From contig JBDRDO010000092.1 of the NCBI GenBank assembly GCA_043820655.1, forward strand, positions 1-37,487: 37,487 nucleotides of DNA, in the 5' to 3' direction. The notes under the pieces are model-generated. The model saw only the letters and a list, made by a program, of their open reading frames with translations, did no database searches and was not told the origin of the DNA. How positions within the stretch are numbered: the stretch's first letter is position 1; each line of letters starts with the position of its first letter. Source of the stretch: Candidatus Iainarchaeum sp. GTDB taxonomy: Archaea; Iainarchaeota; Iainarchaeia; Iainarchaeales; JAZDEL01. The position numbers were made by a program, and so were the translations under genes. Shown here one piece after another: positions 25,213 through 33,998 of the stretch.

Positions 25213-25932
25213 ATGGCTAAAAATAAACTGTGGGGATGGGTGCGGAAAACAATTGCCGCGGGCACGGCTGCATTTGTGCTAGGGCACCCCGGAAAAATAG
25301 CAATGGAATATCCGCATGGATATGAGTTTCGCCCGGGGATAAGGCGTGAGGGCATGGTTCAGGCCGCGAAGGAGATTGAGTTCAGGAACGCACTCCTTAA
25401 CAGCGGAAAGGGCGAATGGTCTGAAAAATACCGCGCGCTTCTTGAGCCGCACGGTCCGCTGAATCGCACAGGCCTGCCTGAGAGGCTTCTTCGCTGTGAG
25501 GCGTTTCGCATCTGGCTCGGCGGCGAAAAGGGCGAGGTTACGGATTACTTTGATGCGCAGGAGCTTTACAATATGCATATGGAGCTTAAGGGCGGGAATC
25601 CAAAATTCATCGGCAAAAATGTGCCGATTGCGGAACAGTATGAGGCAGTCCGCCCCGGGCGCTACAGGAATTGCCTGAACGCCGCGGCGCGCAATTTCAG
25701 GAAATGGGGTCTGCCGATAAGTGAGGCGGAACTCCTGAAGAAACGCCCGTCACCTGCCCCTGCTCAGGGCACTGTGCCGGCACTTAAGCCAAGCCAAACG
25801 CCGCTTATGAAGGGCACGCCCGCAGCCCCTGATAAAATCAAGGTTAAGCCGAGGCGCAAAAAGAAATACAGGAAGAGCTACATCCGCCCCCCTAAGATAG
25901 ACCGTTCAGCTTTGCCCAAAAGGCGCGCATAA
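25213..25932 (+). CDS. hypothetical N-terminally anchored protein with basic Pro/Lys-rich tail
   Basis: 239 aa: MAKNKLWGWVRKTIAAGTAAFVLG..., with tail ...KVKPRRKKKYRKSYIRPPK. The promoter motif AATTAAATAG lies 31-40 nt upstream. Confidence 0.55.
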   Translation: MAKNKLWGWVRKTIAAGTAAFVLGHPGKIAMEYPHGYEFRPGIRREGMVQAAKEIEFRNALLNSGKGEWSEKYRALLEPHGPLNRTGLPERLLRCEAFRIWLGGEKGEVTDYFDAQELYNMHMELKGGNPKFIGKNVPIAEQYEAVRPGRYRNCLNAAARNFRKWGLPISEAELLKKRPSPAPAQGTVPALKPSQTPLMKGTPAAPDKIKVKPRRKKKYRKSYIRPPKIDRSALPKRRA

Positions 25933-26012
25933 TGCGCAGGGAACACGCTGGCTGAAACAAAAGGGGCAATCGCATTGCGGAATGCCCTGTGGCAAAGAAG
26001 GCGTGGCGTAAG

Positions 26013-26022
26013 TATTAAATAG
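26013..26022 (+). promoter_or_regulatory. TATA-box-like element TATTAAATAG
   Basis: It lies 30-39 nt upstream of the ATG at 26052. Confidence 0.5.
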
Positions 26023-26051
26023 GCGCACGCCCTTTCATATACGGGGCTTAT

Positions 26052-26519
26052 ATGGCTTTGGGAAAAGGCACTGTGAAAAAAGCGTTTGCCATCGGAACCG
26101 TCGGCGGAATGTTGTTTTGGTCCGCATTATTTGGCAACAAGGTCCTCGAGCAGCGCAGGTTTGTCTCGGGGGAGGCGGGGAATCGTGTTTCTGTTAAATA
26201 CAGTGAACGGCTCCCCTCGGACTGGCGGGCTACTGAGTATGCGAAATACTGCCGCAAGATTGTGAGGGCTCATTCCGCCACCTATAAGGATGCGCTTAAC
26301 GTTGCCGCTTACCGGACACAGCTGGAGCGGGCGCAGACTCTGCAGAAACCACTGGGTGCCAAAGAGTTGTTCAAACAGTCCGTGAAAATGCTTGAGGATG
26401 CGGGGATTGTACCCTCAAAGGACGGCAAGTCCGCAATTATCCTTGAGAAAAATGATTACAATTACATGATTCTGCAGAATAAGGGCAATGCCCCTGGGAA
26501 AAAGCAGGTCTCCAAATAG
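26052..26519 (+). CDS. hypothetical N-terminally anchored small protein (paralog family)
   Basis: 155 aa: MALGKGTVKKAFAIGTVGGMLFWSALFG. It aligns by eye with the next gene (KYSERLPSDW / KYGLPHQTNW; SATYKDAL / GAAYKDLL; LEDAGIVPSK / LEKAGFKPPK). Confidence 0.55.
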   Translation: MALGKGTVKKAFAIGTVGGMLFWSALFGNKVLEQRRFVSGEAGNRVSVKYSERLPSDWRATEYAKYCRKIVRAHSATYKDALNVAAYRTQLERAQTLQKPLGAKELFKQSVKMLEDAGIVPSKDGKSAIILEKNDYNYMILQNKGNAPGKKQVSK

Positions 26520-26535
26520 CCCCGCCGCGGCTTCG

Positions 26536-26563
26536 CGCTGAACCTAACTTAAACCTTTCGCGC
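26536..26563 (+). repeat. 28-bp direct repeat, copy 1
   Basis: CGCTGAACCTAACTTAAACCTTTCGCGC, identical to 27210..27237. It lies 17 nt after the stop of 26052..26519. Confidence 0.85.
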
Positions 26564-26584
26564 ATTTCCCAGCGCTAGCGGAAG

Positions 26585-26594
26585 CATTAAATAG
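26585..26594 (+). promoter_or_regulatory. TATA-box-like element CATTAAATAG
   Basis: It lies 32-41 nt upstream of the ATG at 26626. Confidence 0.5.
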
Positions 26595-26625
26595 TTGGGG
26601 TGCGTTTTATTTTGAGGTGATAGCA

Positions 26626-27087
26626 ATGGGCAAAATCGCAAAAACCACCAAAAAGATTGTTAAGGCAACAGGGGGTGCCTTGCGTACAACCGGGAGAGGC
26701 TTACGTGAAGTAAGTTTTGTAAAAGTTGGTACGATAGTTTCGGGCGCTGCATGTATTGCTACTACGATATATCTCGGCGGGCTGGCTTATAAGGCGAACA
26801 AAATCATATCGCCCAAAGTAGTGAAGCCCACGATTGCCAAATACGGGCTCCCGCATCAAACCAATTGGAACAGCGTGGTAAGGTTATACAAAAGCGCGGT
26901 TAGCAAGGGGGCTGCCTATAAGGACCTTCTTGTTCTGGAAACAAACAGGGTGCTGCTGACTAAGTGGACTAAGAAGCCAGCTGATGCGATCGCCGCCCCT
27001 CTGATGGCTAAAGAGGCGATTAAGGAGGCGGCAGCCAATTTGGAAAAAGCAGGGTTCAAGCCGCCGAAAGCAAAGGGCGGGAAGTAG
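26626..27087 (+). CDS. hypothetical membrane-anchored small protein (paralog family)
   Basis: ATG at 26626 (MGKIAKTTKKIVKATGG...VGTIVSGAACIATTIYLGGLAY). It is a paralog of 26052..26519. CATTAAATAG lies ~32-41 nt upstream. Confidence 0.55.
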   Translation: MGKIAKTTKKIVKATGGALRTTGRGLREVSFVKVGTIVSGAACIATTIYLGGLAYKANKIISPKVVKPTIAKYGLPHQTNWNSVVRLYKSAVSKGAAYKDLLVLETNRVLLTKWTKKPADAIAAPLMAKEAIKEAAANLEKAGFKPPKAKGGK

Positions 27088-27209
27088 CGCGTTGCAATTG
27101 CGCGCCCCAATGTGGCGCGGTATGCGTCCCGAAACCGGCGCACGGCGGTTGAGCAGCTGGGCGCAGCGGCTGCGGTGTGCAGCCCAATGCCCGCACGTGG
27201 CAGGGCGCC

Positions 27210-27237
27210 CGCTGAACCTAACTTAAACCTTTCGCGC
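27210..27237 (+). repeat. 28-bp direct repeat, copy 2
   Basis: Identical to 26536..26563. It lies downstream of 26626..27087 and 15 nt upstream of the PMM/PGM ATG. Confidence 0.85.
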
Positions 27238-27251
27238 TTTTATTTTTGAGT

Positions 27252-28658
27252 ATGCCGCAGGCAGTTAAGTTTAATCCGCAGATATTCCGCGAGTATGACC
27301 TCCGCGGGAAGGACTCTGAATTAACAGATGCCGCTGTTCAGGCAATCGGCAGTGCGTATGCAACAATGCTTAGAAGAAAAAACAAAGGTGCGAAGTTTGT
27401 CACAGTCGGCAGGGATATCCGCACATCCTCGGAACGCATAAAAAACGCGCTTGTGCGCGGCATAACCGCCTGCGGAATTGATGTTATTGATTTAGGGCTT
27501 AGCCCCACGCCTATGCTTTATTATTCAATCATTAAATTAAAATCCGCGGGCGGGATTAACGTAACAGGCTCCCACAATCCTGTGGGGATGAACGGGCTGA
27601 AAATAAACATAGGGGAAGTCACAATTTACGGGGGGGAAATACAAAAACTTCGGGAGATGATTGAAAATTCCGATTTTGATTTGACCGAAGCGGGCAAAGA
27701 AGGGAATGCAACTGAAAAGGACCTTGTGCAGACATACATTGATGAAATCTGCTCGCGCGTAAAACTAAAGCGCAAATTAAAGATTGTTGTTGATGCGGGA
27801 AACGGAATGGCTTCGGAAATTGCGCCGAAACTCCTGCGCAAATTGGGCTGTGAGGTTATCCCGCTTTACTGCAAACTTGACGGCACTTTCCCGAATCATT
27901 TGCCCGACCCGACACAGGTCCCTTTTGTGCAGGATTTGATTGCGCTGGTGAAATCCGAAAAAGCAGATTTGGGCTTGGGTTTTGACGGGGATGTGGACAG
28001 GACAGGCGTCATAGATGAAAACGGAAAAATCGTATGGGCTGACAGGATAATGATGCTTTTTGCAAGGGAAATTTTATCGCGTGAGAAGGGGGCGCAGATT
28101 ATTTTTGATGTTAAATGTTCACAGGCGCTTCCAGAAGTAATTGAGGCGAACGGCGGCAGGCCTTTAATGTGGAAAACAGGCCACTCCCTTAGCAAGGCAA
28201 AACTGCGCGAAACAGGCGCCCCGATTTCAGGGGAAATGTCGGGGCACATCTTCTTCAAAGACAGATGGCTGGGCTTTGATGACGGTTTTTACGTTGCCGC
28301 GCGCTTCCTTGAAATTCTCGCGGCAGGAAACAAAACCGTGAGCGAAATTATGGGTGAATTTCCCGAGTATTTCAGCACGCCTGAAATAAGGCTTGATTAC
28401 TCCGAAGAAAAGAAATTTGAATTTGTTGAAAAGGCAAAAAAGGAATTTGGAAGTGACAAAGGACTGAAAATAATCGACATTGACGGTGTGCGCGTGCTTT
28501 ATCCGCGGGGCTGGGCTCTTTTGCGCGCATCAAACACTCAGGCGAAAATAATCCTCAGGTTTGAGGCAAAAACTGCGGCAGGGCTTGCGGAAATAAAAAA
28601 TGATTTCATGCGGCGCCTGAACAAATTCTCGGAAAAAAAGCTGGAACTTAAGGACTAG
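27252..28658 (+). CDS. phosphomannomutase/phosphoglucomutase (alpha-D-phosphohexomutase family)
   Basis: The catalytic Ser loop is GINVTGSHNP, the Mg loop is GFDGDVDR and the sugar loop is GEMSGH. ATG at 27252. Confidence 0.9.
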   Translation: MPQAVKFNPQIFREYDLRGKDSELTDAAVQAIGSAYATMLRRKNKGAKFVTVGRDIRTSSERIKNALVRGITACGIDVIDLGLSPTPMLYYSIIKLKSAGGINVTGSHNPVGMNGLKINIGEVTIYGGEIQKLREMIENSDFDLTEAGKEGNATEKDLVQTYIDEICSRVKLKRKLKIVVDAGNGMASEIAPKLLRKLGCEVIPLYCKLDGTFPNHLPDPTQVPFVQDLIALVKSEKADLGLGFDGDVDRTGVIDENGKIVWADRIMMLFAREILSREKGAQIIFDVKCSQALPEVIEANGGRPLMWKTGHSLSKAKLRETGAPISGEMSGHIFFKDRWLGFDDGFYVAARFLEILAAGNKTVSEIMGEFPEYFSTPEIRLDYSEEKKFEFVEKAKKEFGSDKGLKIIDIDGVRVLYPRGWALLRASNTQAKIILRFEAKTAAGLAEIKNDFMRRLNKFSEKKLELKD

Positions 28659-28689
28659 CGTGCCTGCCCAATCCCCCTGCATTGCGAAT

Positions 28690-28702
28690 CATTTAAATAA
28701 TA
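28690..28702 (+). promoter_or_regulatory. TATA-box-like element CATTTAAATAATA
   Basis: It lies 28-40 nt upstream of the ATG at 28730 (surface protein operon). Confidence 0.45.
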
Positions 28703-28729
28703 CAATCTGATTATATATTGGGAATTTAA

Positions 28730-30793
28730 ATGAACTCCAGCTCGGTTCGGCTATTGCTTTTAGCGGCGCTTATCGCCTTCACAGGCTTGGCTTTGGCAGG
28801 CGCGGCATATGCCGATACCTGCGGCATTGCATGCTCAACTGACGCGGCATGCAACGACGGGGATGCGGCAACATGGGACATCTGCTTCCGCCCGGGGGCA
28901 TGCGACAGCGGATGTGCAAACTTAAATTGCGTGCCGGCATGCAAAACAAATGCCGACTGTGCGGATAATGATTCCTTGACAACAGATGTATGTGCGGGCG
29001 CCCAGCGCTGTGAGGCAAAGTGCTATAATTTAATCTCCTGCGGAAACGGAATTTGTGACAACAGCCTCAATGAAACATCCTGCACATGCATGCAGGACTG
29101 CCAAACCTGCGCAGAGGAACTTTCAGGCACATGCACGGAAAAGGCGTGCATAGGGGGCCAGTGCGGCACAACAATAATGCTCGGCTGCTGCGGCAATGGC
29201 AGGTGCGAACTCGGGGAAAGCTACCTCTCCTGCAGTGTTGACTGCAGTGCGGAAACAATAACCCTTGAATATGCCGGCGAGGAAAGGGAAAAGTACCTGC
29301 GCGGAGAAACTCTGGAACTCGTGATTTCCGTTGAGGCGGACGGCGCCGCAGCAAAGGGCGCAAGCGTTATCGCAAACGGCTTTTTCGGAGAACTGCGCCT
29401 CTACAATGACGGCAGCCACAATGATGGAACATCAAAGGACAACATATATGGCAATTCAATTCTGCTTACAAAGGACGATGTGCCCGGAGAATACGTGGTC
29501 AAGTTCTATGCGGAGTTTGGCGGCGCCGAGGGCGAACTGAGCAAAACATTCGTGTTCAGGCCGGAACTTGACGTTACGCTTAACACTGATGCGGAAAAGT
29601 ATTTCCTTGGCGACATTATAAAAATAAGCGGCACGGTAAGCAGGGGCGGCAGCGGCGCCTACCTACCGGTTGAACTTGCGTTGTCCGTGCGCGGAAGGGT
29701 TGTTTGGGAGGAAGATGTTGGAAGCGGTGAAACAGGGGACTTCAGTGCGGAATACCACTCCACACTCCTAGATCCAATAGGGGAATGGGAACTTTCAATG
29801 CATACTGAAGATGCCAACGGCAACACCGGCAATCTTACGCATGAATTCGCGGTCATTGGCCCTGATAACGCGTCTCCGATACAGATAGAGGTCCTGTCAG
29901 GCATTGAACAAAATTATTCGCGCGGCGAAACCCTTGACCTCAATATCGGGCTTTCAGGGGAGGGTGGAGAAAAATTAAGCGCCGCAATTGCAAACATTGT
30001 TCTGCCCAACGGGAAGTCACTAAAAATGCGCGAGGTTGAGCAGGGAGTTTACTCTGTAAATGTCCCTTTTGGCTGGGACTTTCCAGTGGGGAAAAGCATG
30101 CTTGAGGCAAGGGCTGTAAAGGCGGACGGGGAAAACACCTACAGCGGTGCAATGCAGTTTGAGGTTCGCGTAACAAATGCAAAGCTCACAGTTGATTTGC
30201 TTGCCCCCGAGGTGCAGAGATATGAAGTTGGGGAGGCTGTTGAATTCCGCGCAAAGCTGTCATACCCCGACGGAACGCCTGTGCCAAATGCGCAGATACA
30301 TGCTGAACTGAACGGAAAACAAGTGGCAATGCCCGGAGTTGAACAGGGAATTTACAGCGGCACATATGTTTTGGCTGCGGAAGACGAGGGAATTGCATCA
30401 TTTGTCATTAATGCGGATGACGGCTTCGGCAATATTGCCGCGCGCGATCTGCAAATAGAGGTTTCGGGAATTTCCCCCCTGCACTACCTGCGCGAGTATG
30501 TTGTTTACATAATTGTCGCCCTGCTTACCCTGATTATTGCGGGCACAACTTTTGCGCATTTCAGGGTAAGGTCAAGGCGCCTTTCCGAACTTAAGGCAGG
30601 GGAGGCCAGGGTCATAAGGCAGATAAAGGCGCTGCAGAAGCAGTTCTTCAAGAACGCGACAATAGACAAGGTTAATTATGACTCCTTCCTTGATAAGTAC
30701 AAGTCCGAGCTTGCAGACATACGGAAATCAATAGAGCGTGCGGGCGGAACTCCAGTCGCGGAGATTGAAAAGGAGGGCAAAAGGAATGGCTAG
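28730..30793 (+). CDS. single-pass surface protein: signal peptide, Cys-rich region, Ig-like repeats, TM, helical cytoplasmic tail
   Basis: The signal peptide is MNSSSVRLLLLAALIAFTGLALAGAAYA. About 150 aa are Cys-rich, with two CGNGxC...C..DC units. Repeats of ~90-100 aa end in G(I/V)YS-type strands. The TM segment is YVVYIIVALLTLIIAGTTF, and the tail begins RVRSRRLSELKAGEARVIRQIKALQKQFFKN. Confidence 0.8.
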   Translation: MNSSSVRLLLLAALIAFTGLALAGAAYADTCGIACSTDAACNDGDAATWDICFRPGACDSGCANLNCVPACKTNADCADNDSLTTDVCAGAQRCEAKCYNLISCGNGICDNSLNETSCTCMQDCQTCAEELSGTCTEKACIGGQCGTTIMLGCCGNGRCELGESYLSCSVDCSAETITLEYAGEEREKYLRGETLELVISVEADGAAAKGASVIANGFFGELRLYNDGSHNDGTSKDNIYGNSILLTKDDVPGEYVVKFYAEFGGAEGELSKTFVFRPELDVTLNTDAEKYFLGDIIKISGTVSRGGSGAYLPVELALSVRGRVVWEEDVGSGETGDFSAEYHSTLLDPIGEWELSMHTEDANGNTGNLTHEFAVIGPDNASPIQIEVLSGIEQNYSRGETLDLNIGLSGEGGEKLSAAIANIVLPNGKSLKMREVEQGVYSVNVPFGWDFPVGKSMLEARAVKADGENTYSGAMQFEVRVTNAKLTVDLLAPEVQRYEVGEAVEFRAKLSYPDGTPVPNAQIHAELNGKQVAMPGVEQGIYSGTYVLAAEDEGIASFVINADDGFGNIAARDLQIEVSGISPLHYLREYVVYIIVALLTLIIAGTTFAHFRVRSRRLSELKAGEARVIRQIKALQKQFFKNATIDKVNYDSFLDKYKSELADIRKSIERAGGTPVAEIEKEGKRNG

Positions 30794-32018
30794 GCATTAT
30801 TTGTTCCTGTCGGCAATTGCGCTGGTGTTTATTTCCTGCGCATTGCACGCCTCGGCATTAAGCATTTCCGCTGACAAGGCAGATTACAACAAGGGCGAGG
30901 CAATTAACATTGAGGGCATCTGTGCCCCGGGAAAAAACACGCTTAGCATTGCGCATCACGGCAGAATTGTTTTCGGGCGGGAAATAAACTGCGAAACAGC
31001 AAGCCTGTTCAGGGAGCGGTATGAGATAGGCTTCCTTGATCCCGCGGGAAGGTGGAACATAGCGATTGAAAATGGCGGGGAGAGCAGCGAGACAAGCGCC
31101 CTTATCTGGCAGATTCCCGAATCGGCATATTTTGTTGTAAAGTTCCTCAGCCCGCCGCCGGGAACGTACTATAGGACGGATGGCCTGCCCGTAACTGTCA
31201 GGATTACGGATGCCGGCGTGCCTGTTACTGACGCAAACGCGGCATTATGGGCTGCCGGCGGCGCACGAATCCAGCTTGAAAATCGCGGCAGCGGGCTTTA
31301 CAGGTATGATTATGAAATACCATATGATGCAATGCCCGGGAAATGGAGGCTTGTTGTAACCGCGGAGCGAAATGCGGATGCAAGGCACGGCGGGGAGGCA
31401 GGCATGGATATAAAAGTGGGAAAGGCGCCGATTTCTATAGATGTTATTGAGCCCGCGGTGCGCACCTTTAGTTTGGGTGCCGAAATACCCCTGAAAGTGA
31501 AGGTAGGGTATGTAAACGGCAAGCCGATTGCGGAAGGCGCCATTAAGCAGGTTGCCGCAGAGATAGGCGGGCGGGCGGTACTGCTCACGCCGCAGGGGAA
31601 AGGGATTTACTCAGGCGTATTGCGCACGCGCGGCGAGGACGAGGGCGTGGTAGGCATAATAATAACCGCCGAGGACCTTGCGGGAAACTTCGGCGACACA
31701 ACTCTTAATATTGTCGCAACAGGCCTCGCCGGCTGGTACTTATCCGAGTATGCAGTTTACATACTTGCCGCAATAATGGTTCTTGCGATTTTTGTAAGGG
31801 TTGTGTATGGCGGGATTTCAAGGAAGGGTAGTTTACGGAAGCTTGAGGAAGAACGCTCAAAAACCGCGGCTTTGATACGCGGTTTGCAAAAGGAATATTT
31901 TGAAAACAGGCGCATGCCTGCCGAAAGCTACAAGAAAAGGATTGCGGAACACAGGGCAAACATAAACATGATAGACGCAAAGGTGCGCGAGATTAAGGAC
32001 AGGGAGGGGCTGAAATGA
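30786..32018 (+). CDS. single-pass surface protein with Ig-like repeats (shorter paralog of 28730..30793)
   Basis: The ATG at 30786 overlaps the upstream stop (ATGGCTAG). The signal peptide is MARHYLFLSAIALVFISCALHASA. The last repeat, the TM segment (YAVYILAAIMVLAIFVRVVY) and the tail (LIRGLQKEYFEN) align with the previous protein. Confidence 0.8.
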   Translation: MARHYLFLSAIALVFISCALHASALSISADKADYNKGEAINIEGICAPGKNTLSIAHHGRIVFGREINCETASLFRERYEIGFLDPAGRWNIAIENGGESSETSALIWQIPESAYFVVKFLSPPPGTYYRTDGLPVTVRITDAGVPVTDANAALWAAGGARIQLENRGSGLYRYDYEIPYDAMPGKWRLVVTAERNADARHGGEAGMDIKVGKAPISIDVIEPAVRTFSLGAEIPLKVKVGYVNGKPIAEGAIKQVAAEIGGRAVLLTPQGKGIYSGVLRTRGEDEGVVGIIITAEDLAGNFGDTTLNIVATGLAGWYLSEYAVYILAAIMVLAIFVRVVYGGISRKGSLRKLEEERSKTAALIRGLQKEYFENRRMPAESYKKRIAEHRANINMIDAKVREIKDREGLK

Positions 32019-33211
32019 GGAAACGTGAAATACTTACGGATGCGGCAAAGCGCCTGCTTGAGGACGGTGTTGCGCCTGAGGATGTTGTTGAAAGCCTTAC
32101 GGATGCGGGAATGCCGCAGGGCGAGGCTGTTGAAATTGTAACGGGGATGCGCGCAGGCGATGATATTCGGGAAAAAGGCGCGCACGGCAGGGATGAAAAT
32201 GAAGCGCGAGAAAAAGAGGGCAAATCCCCGGGCAAGGCGCAGGCACAAACCCGCGGCAGGAAAGGAAAAGGGATTTTAGGAGGGCTGTTTGGCGGGATTA
32301 TCCATCCAAAAGACGAACTTGCGGATATACGGGAGCGCGTTGTAAGCAGTGGCGCAGTGCAGGCTGAGCATCCTGCACAAAAAGAACATGCAGGGATACG
32401 CATCGGCGCGCAGGGCGCGGAGGAGGGGCTTGCACGCCAAAGCCCGTTAAGGGAAAAGGCAAAATTCAGGGAAACAATGCCCTTAAGGGTTAGCGATTTC
32501 GACAAGCTTATTGACAGGGGCGGCCTAAAGCGAGGGGATACAATTATGCTTTCAGGCGGATGCGGAACAGGAAAAACAACATTTGCTATGCAGTCCCTTT
32601 ACAATGCCGCACTCCACGGCGAGCGCGGGGTTTACATAACCCTTGAGGAAAGCGTTGAGAAAATGAAGGAGAACATGCTCCAGAATTTCGGCTGGGACCT
32701 TTACAGGCTTGAGGAGGAGGGCAAGCTTGCAATAATAAAGCAGGATCCCTTAAGTGTTGCGCGCTCTGTTGAGGCAATGATGGAGGAGGAGCGCGGCGGG
32801 CTTTATATAGATTCGGAGGATGTAAAGCTCCCGTTCAGGCTTAACCTGCCTTTCCGCCCCGATAGAGTTGTTGTTGATTCCCTGTCAGCGCTTGGCATAG
32901 CATTTATGGAGAACGAGCAGGCATACAGGCAGTATCTCCGCTATTTGTTTGAGACGCTTGAGAAGTACAATTCAGTGAATATTGTTTTGGGGGAAACCGA
33001 GCAGGAACCCTCCGCATATAGCAGAAGCGGAATAGAGGAGTTTCTTGCCGACGGGGTAATAGTTTTCTACAACCTGCGCATACACAATATACGGGAAAAG
33101 GCGCTTGAAATTTTAAAACTGCGTTCCTCAAACCATGACAAGAGGATTATCCCGTATAAGATAACAGAACACGGAATAAGGGTTTACACAGATCAGGAAT
33201 TATTCAGATGA
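32015..33211 (+). CDS. KaiC-like (RecA-superfamily) ATPase with a ~160-aa charged N-terminal extension
   Basis: The start overlaps the upstream stop (ATGA). Walker A is GGCGTGKT (32555..32578), followed by GVYITLEES and the Walker B-like RVVVDSLSAL. Confidence 0.85.
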   Translation: MRKREILTDAAKRLLEDGVAPEDVVESLTDAGMPQGEAVEIVTGMRAGDDIREKGAHGRDENEAREKEGKSPGKAQAQTRGRKGKGILGGLFGGIIHPKDELADIRERVVSSGAVQAEHPAQKEHAGIRIGAQGAEEGLARQSPLREKAKFRETMPLRVSDFDKLIDRGGLKRGDTIMLSGGCGTGKTTFAMQSLYNAALHGERGVYITLEESVEKMKENMLQNFGWDLYRLEEEGKLAIIKQDPLSVARSVEAMMEEERGGLYIDSEDVKLPFRLNLPFRPDRVVVDSLSALGIAFMENEQAYRQYLRYLFETLEKYNSVNIVLGETEQEPSAYSRSGIEEFLADGVIVFYNLRIHNIREKALEILKLRSSNHDKRIIPYKITEHGIRVYTDQELFR

Positions 33212-33871
33212 TTTCTTTCCGCGCTTTTTACCCTCCCCCTTCATGCCGCCAATAATCTCAATTTCGCCTTCATCAATCTTAAGCTCAGGCCTTATTGCCG
33301 GGGTTATTTTCTTTTTCGGGAGCCTATCCTCCTCCGTCTTTTTCTTATCCGTATAGCGCAAATCATACTCCGCCATTGTTATTGTCTCATTCACAAACAT
33401 TCCCAAATCACGGACAGTTTCGCTTTCCTTATCCCCGTCAAGCGCGGTGAGTACGCACTCCGCCCCAAACTCCTTTATCCTCCCTATTAATGAGTGCATG
33501 AATTTTGTTGAAACTCCCGCAGATTCATAAATGAGCAAAGTGGAAATTGAGTCAAACATCAGCGCCTGCGCCCCGTGGCTTTTAATTGCGTCAGTTATCG
33601 CAAGGCTCAGCTCCATTAATGAATTCGGCGAGCTGACAAAAACACAGTTATCATCCGCCTTTTTGCACGCCTTTGTGTTCCTTGTTATTGCATCCACAAT
33701 AAAGAATTTGGAAACAGGGACTTTTTCCTTCTTCATCCCCTTTGTAAGCGCTTCATACCTTTCATTCAGGCTTACATAGCATATCCTGTCATGCACCTCA
33801 CTTAGGCGCTTTGTTATGCGCATTGTGCTTTCCTGATAGCCCTTGTTTGGTATTATGATTAATGTAAGCAT
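33200..33871 (-). CDS. RecA/KaiC-fold protein lacking Walker A (degenerate paralog)
   Basis: MLTLIIIPNKGYQESTMRI...ICYVSLNERY...ALMFDSISTLLIY aligns with the KaiC-like genes, but the P-loop GxxGxGKT is replaced by PNKGYQES. The tail is Lys-rich. Confidence 0.6.
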   Translation of the reverse strand: MLTLIIIPNKGYQESTMRITKRLSEVHDRICYVSLNERYEALTKGMKKEKVPVSKFFIVDAITRNTKACKKADDNCVFVSSPNSLMELSLAITDAIKSHGAQALMFDSISTLLIYESAGVSTKFMHSLIGRIKEFGAECVLTALDGDKESETVRDLGMFVNETITMAEYDLRYTDKKKTEEDRLPKKKITPAIRPELKIDEGEIEIIGGMKGEGKKRGKKSSE

Positions 33872-33998
33872 CCTGCACCCCTCCCTTAATTAGCACTAAA
33901 CAATATCTTCCCAAGTATTATAAAAGCGTTTGCACTCCGCGCCGGCGGTTTGCTAACTTCGGTAATGCTTTTAAACCCCAATACCATTATTATAGCAG

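Noticed and set aside
26536-27237. Possible CRISPR array, given an identical 28-bp repeat
   Set aside because: There are only two copies, 674 bp apart, separated by a protein-coding gene. There is no regular repeat-spacer periodicity and there are no cas genes.
31993-32505. 170-aa minus-strand ORF
   Set aside because: It is antisense to the charged N-terminal extension of the KaiC-like gene. It is Ser/Pro/Ala-rich and has no start context.
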